Below are positions 39,397 to 39,613 of a stretch of DNA of 39,613 bases, in pieces. Position numbers and translations under genes: made by a program. The DNA comes from Elainellaceae cyanobacterium (lineage in GTDB: Bacteria; Cyanobacteriota; Cyanobacteriia; CAZCXK01), in NCBI GenBank assembly GCA_051117555.1, contig JBNPEG010000229.1, positions 1 to 39,613 on the forward strand, in the 5' to 3' direction. Position 1 is the stretch's first letter, and every line of letters starts with the position of its first letter. The notes beneath the pieces are model-generated. The model saw only the letters and a list, made by a program, of their open reading frames with translations, ran no database searches and had not been told where the DNA came from.

Positions 39397-39613
39397 TGCT
39401 GCAATGCTTCGCCCGTATAGGGTAATCATTGAGGGCTGCTGGGCGATCGCTGGGAATCGTTTGGATTGTTGGGGCGAAGCATTGCAGCAAGATGGGGGAT
39501 TGGTCTTTCGAGTGGTTGGCGCAATGCTTCGCCCGTACATTGCGGCAAGATGGGGGATTGGTCTTTCGAGTGGTTGGCGCAATGCTTCGCCCGTACATTG
39601 CGGCAAGATGGGG
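39397..39613 (-). repeat. REP/REPIN-like cluster with 58-bp tandem units (continues past the window end)
   Basis: 18-bp perfect inverted repeat 39397-39414 / 39472-39489; GCAAGATGGGG recurs at 39487, 39545 and 39603. Same core as 14820-14943. Confidence 0.88.

Noticed and set aside
39481..39613. CRISPR array (36-bp core plus 22-nt spacer)
   Set aside because: Spacers are identical within a locus and short. The inverted-arm architecture fits REP/REPIN. The same applies to 14820-14943.
1..39613. Frequent GCGATCGC octamers as a novel repeat
   Set aside because: This is the well-known cyanobacterial HIP1 sequence.

Overview
Ordinary chromosomal DNA from a cyanobacterium. The HIP1 octamer GCGATCGC is frequent, and psaF/psaJ, ndhP and ycf51 are present. 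Housekeeping genes include pyrB, tsaD, priA, a SigE-type sigma factor, apt, corA, sufU and tRNA-Leu(CAA). There is also a three-gene sensor-kinase/response-regulator operon and a divergent tandem-ArsA/Get3 plus Cdc48-like ATPase pair. The ORF track misses ndhP, psaJ and a partial membrane-protein gene at the left edge. Three families of short repeats are present: a TA-flanked ~92-bp MITE (4 copies), a GTAC-footed REP-like element in 57/58-bp tandem arrays (2 loci) and a GTAG-type 50-bp tandem array. Best novelty candidates: (1) a small basic KGKGGS protein whose gene has an intrinsic terminator before its own stop codon, the architecture of non-stop-mRNA-regulated ribosome rescue factors (ArfA/BrfA); (2) a cyanobacteriochrome GAF combining a DXCF cysteine with CcaS/RcaE-type Leu/Lys residues; (3) an orphan-terminator sRNA candidate with an exposed anti-Shine-Dalgarno; (4) a protease whose C-terminus is encoded inside a tRNA gene. 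All family calls come from motif recognition by eye; no database searches were run.
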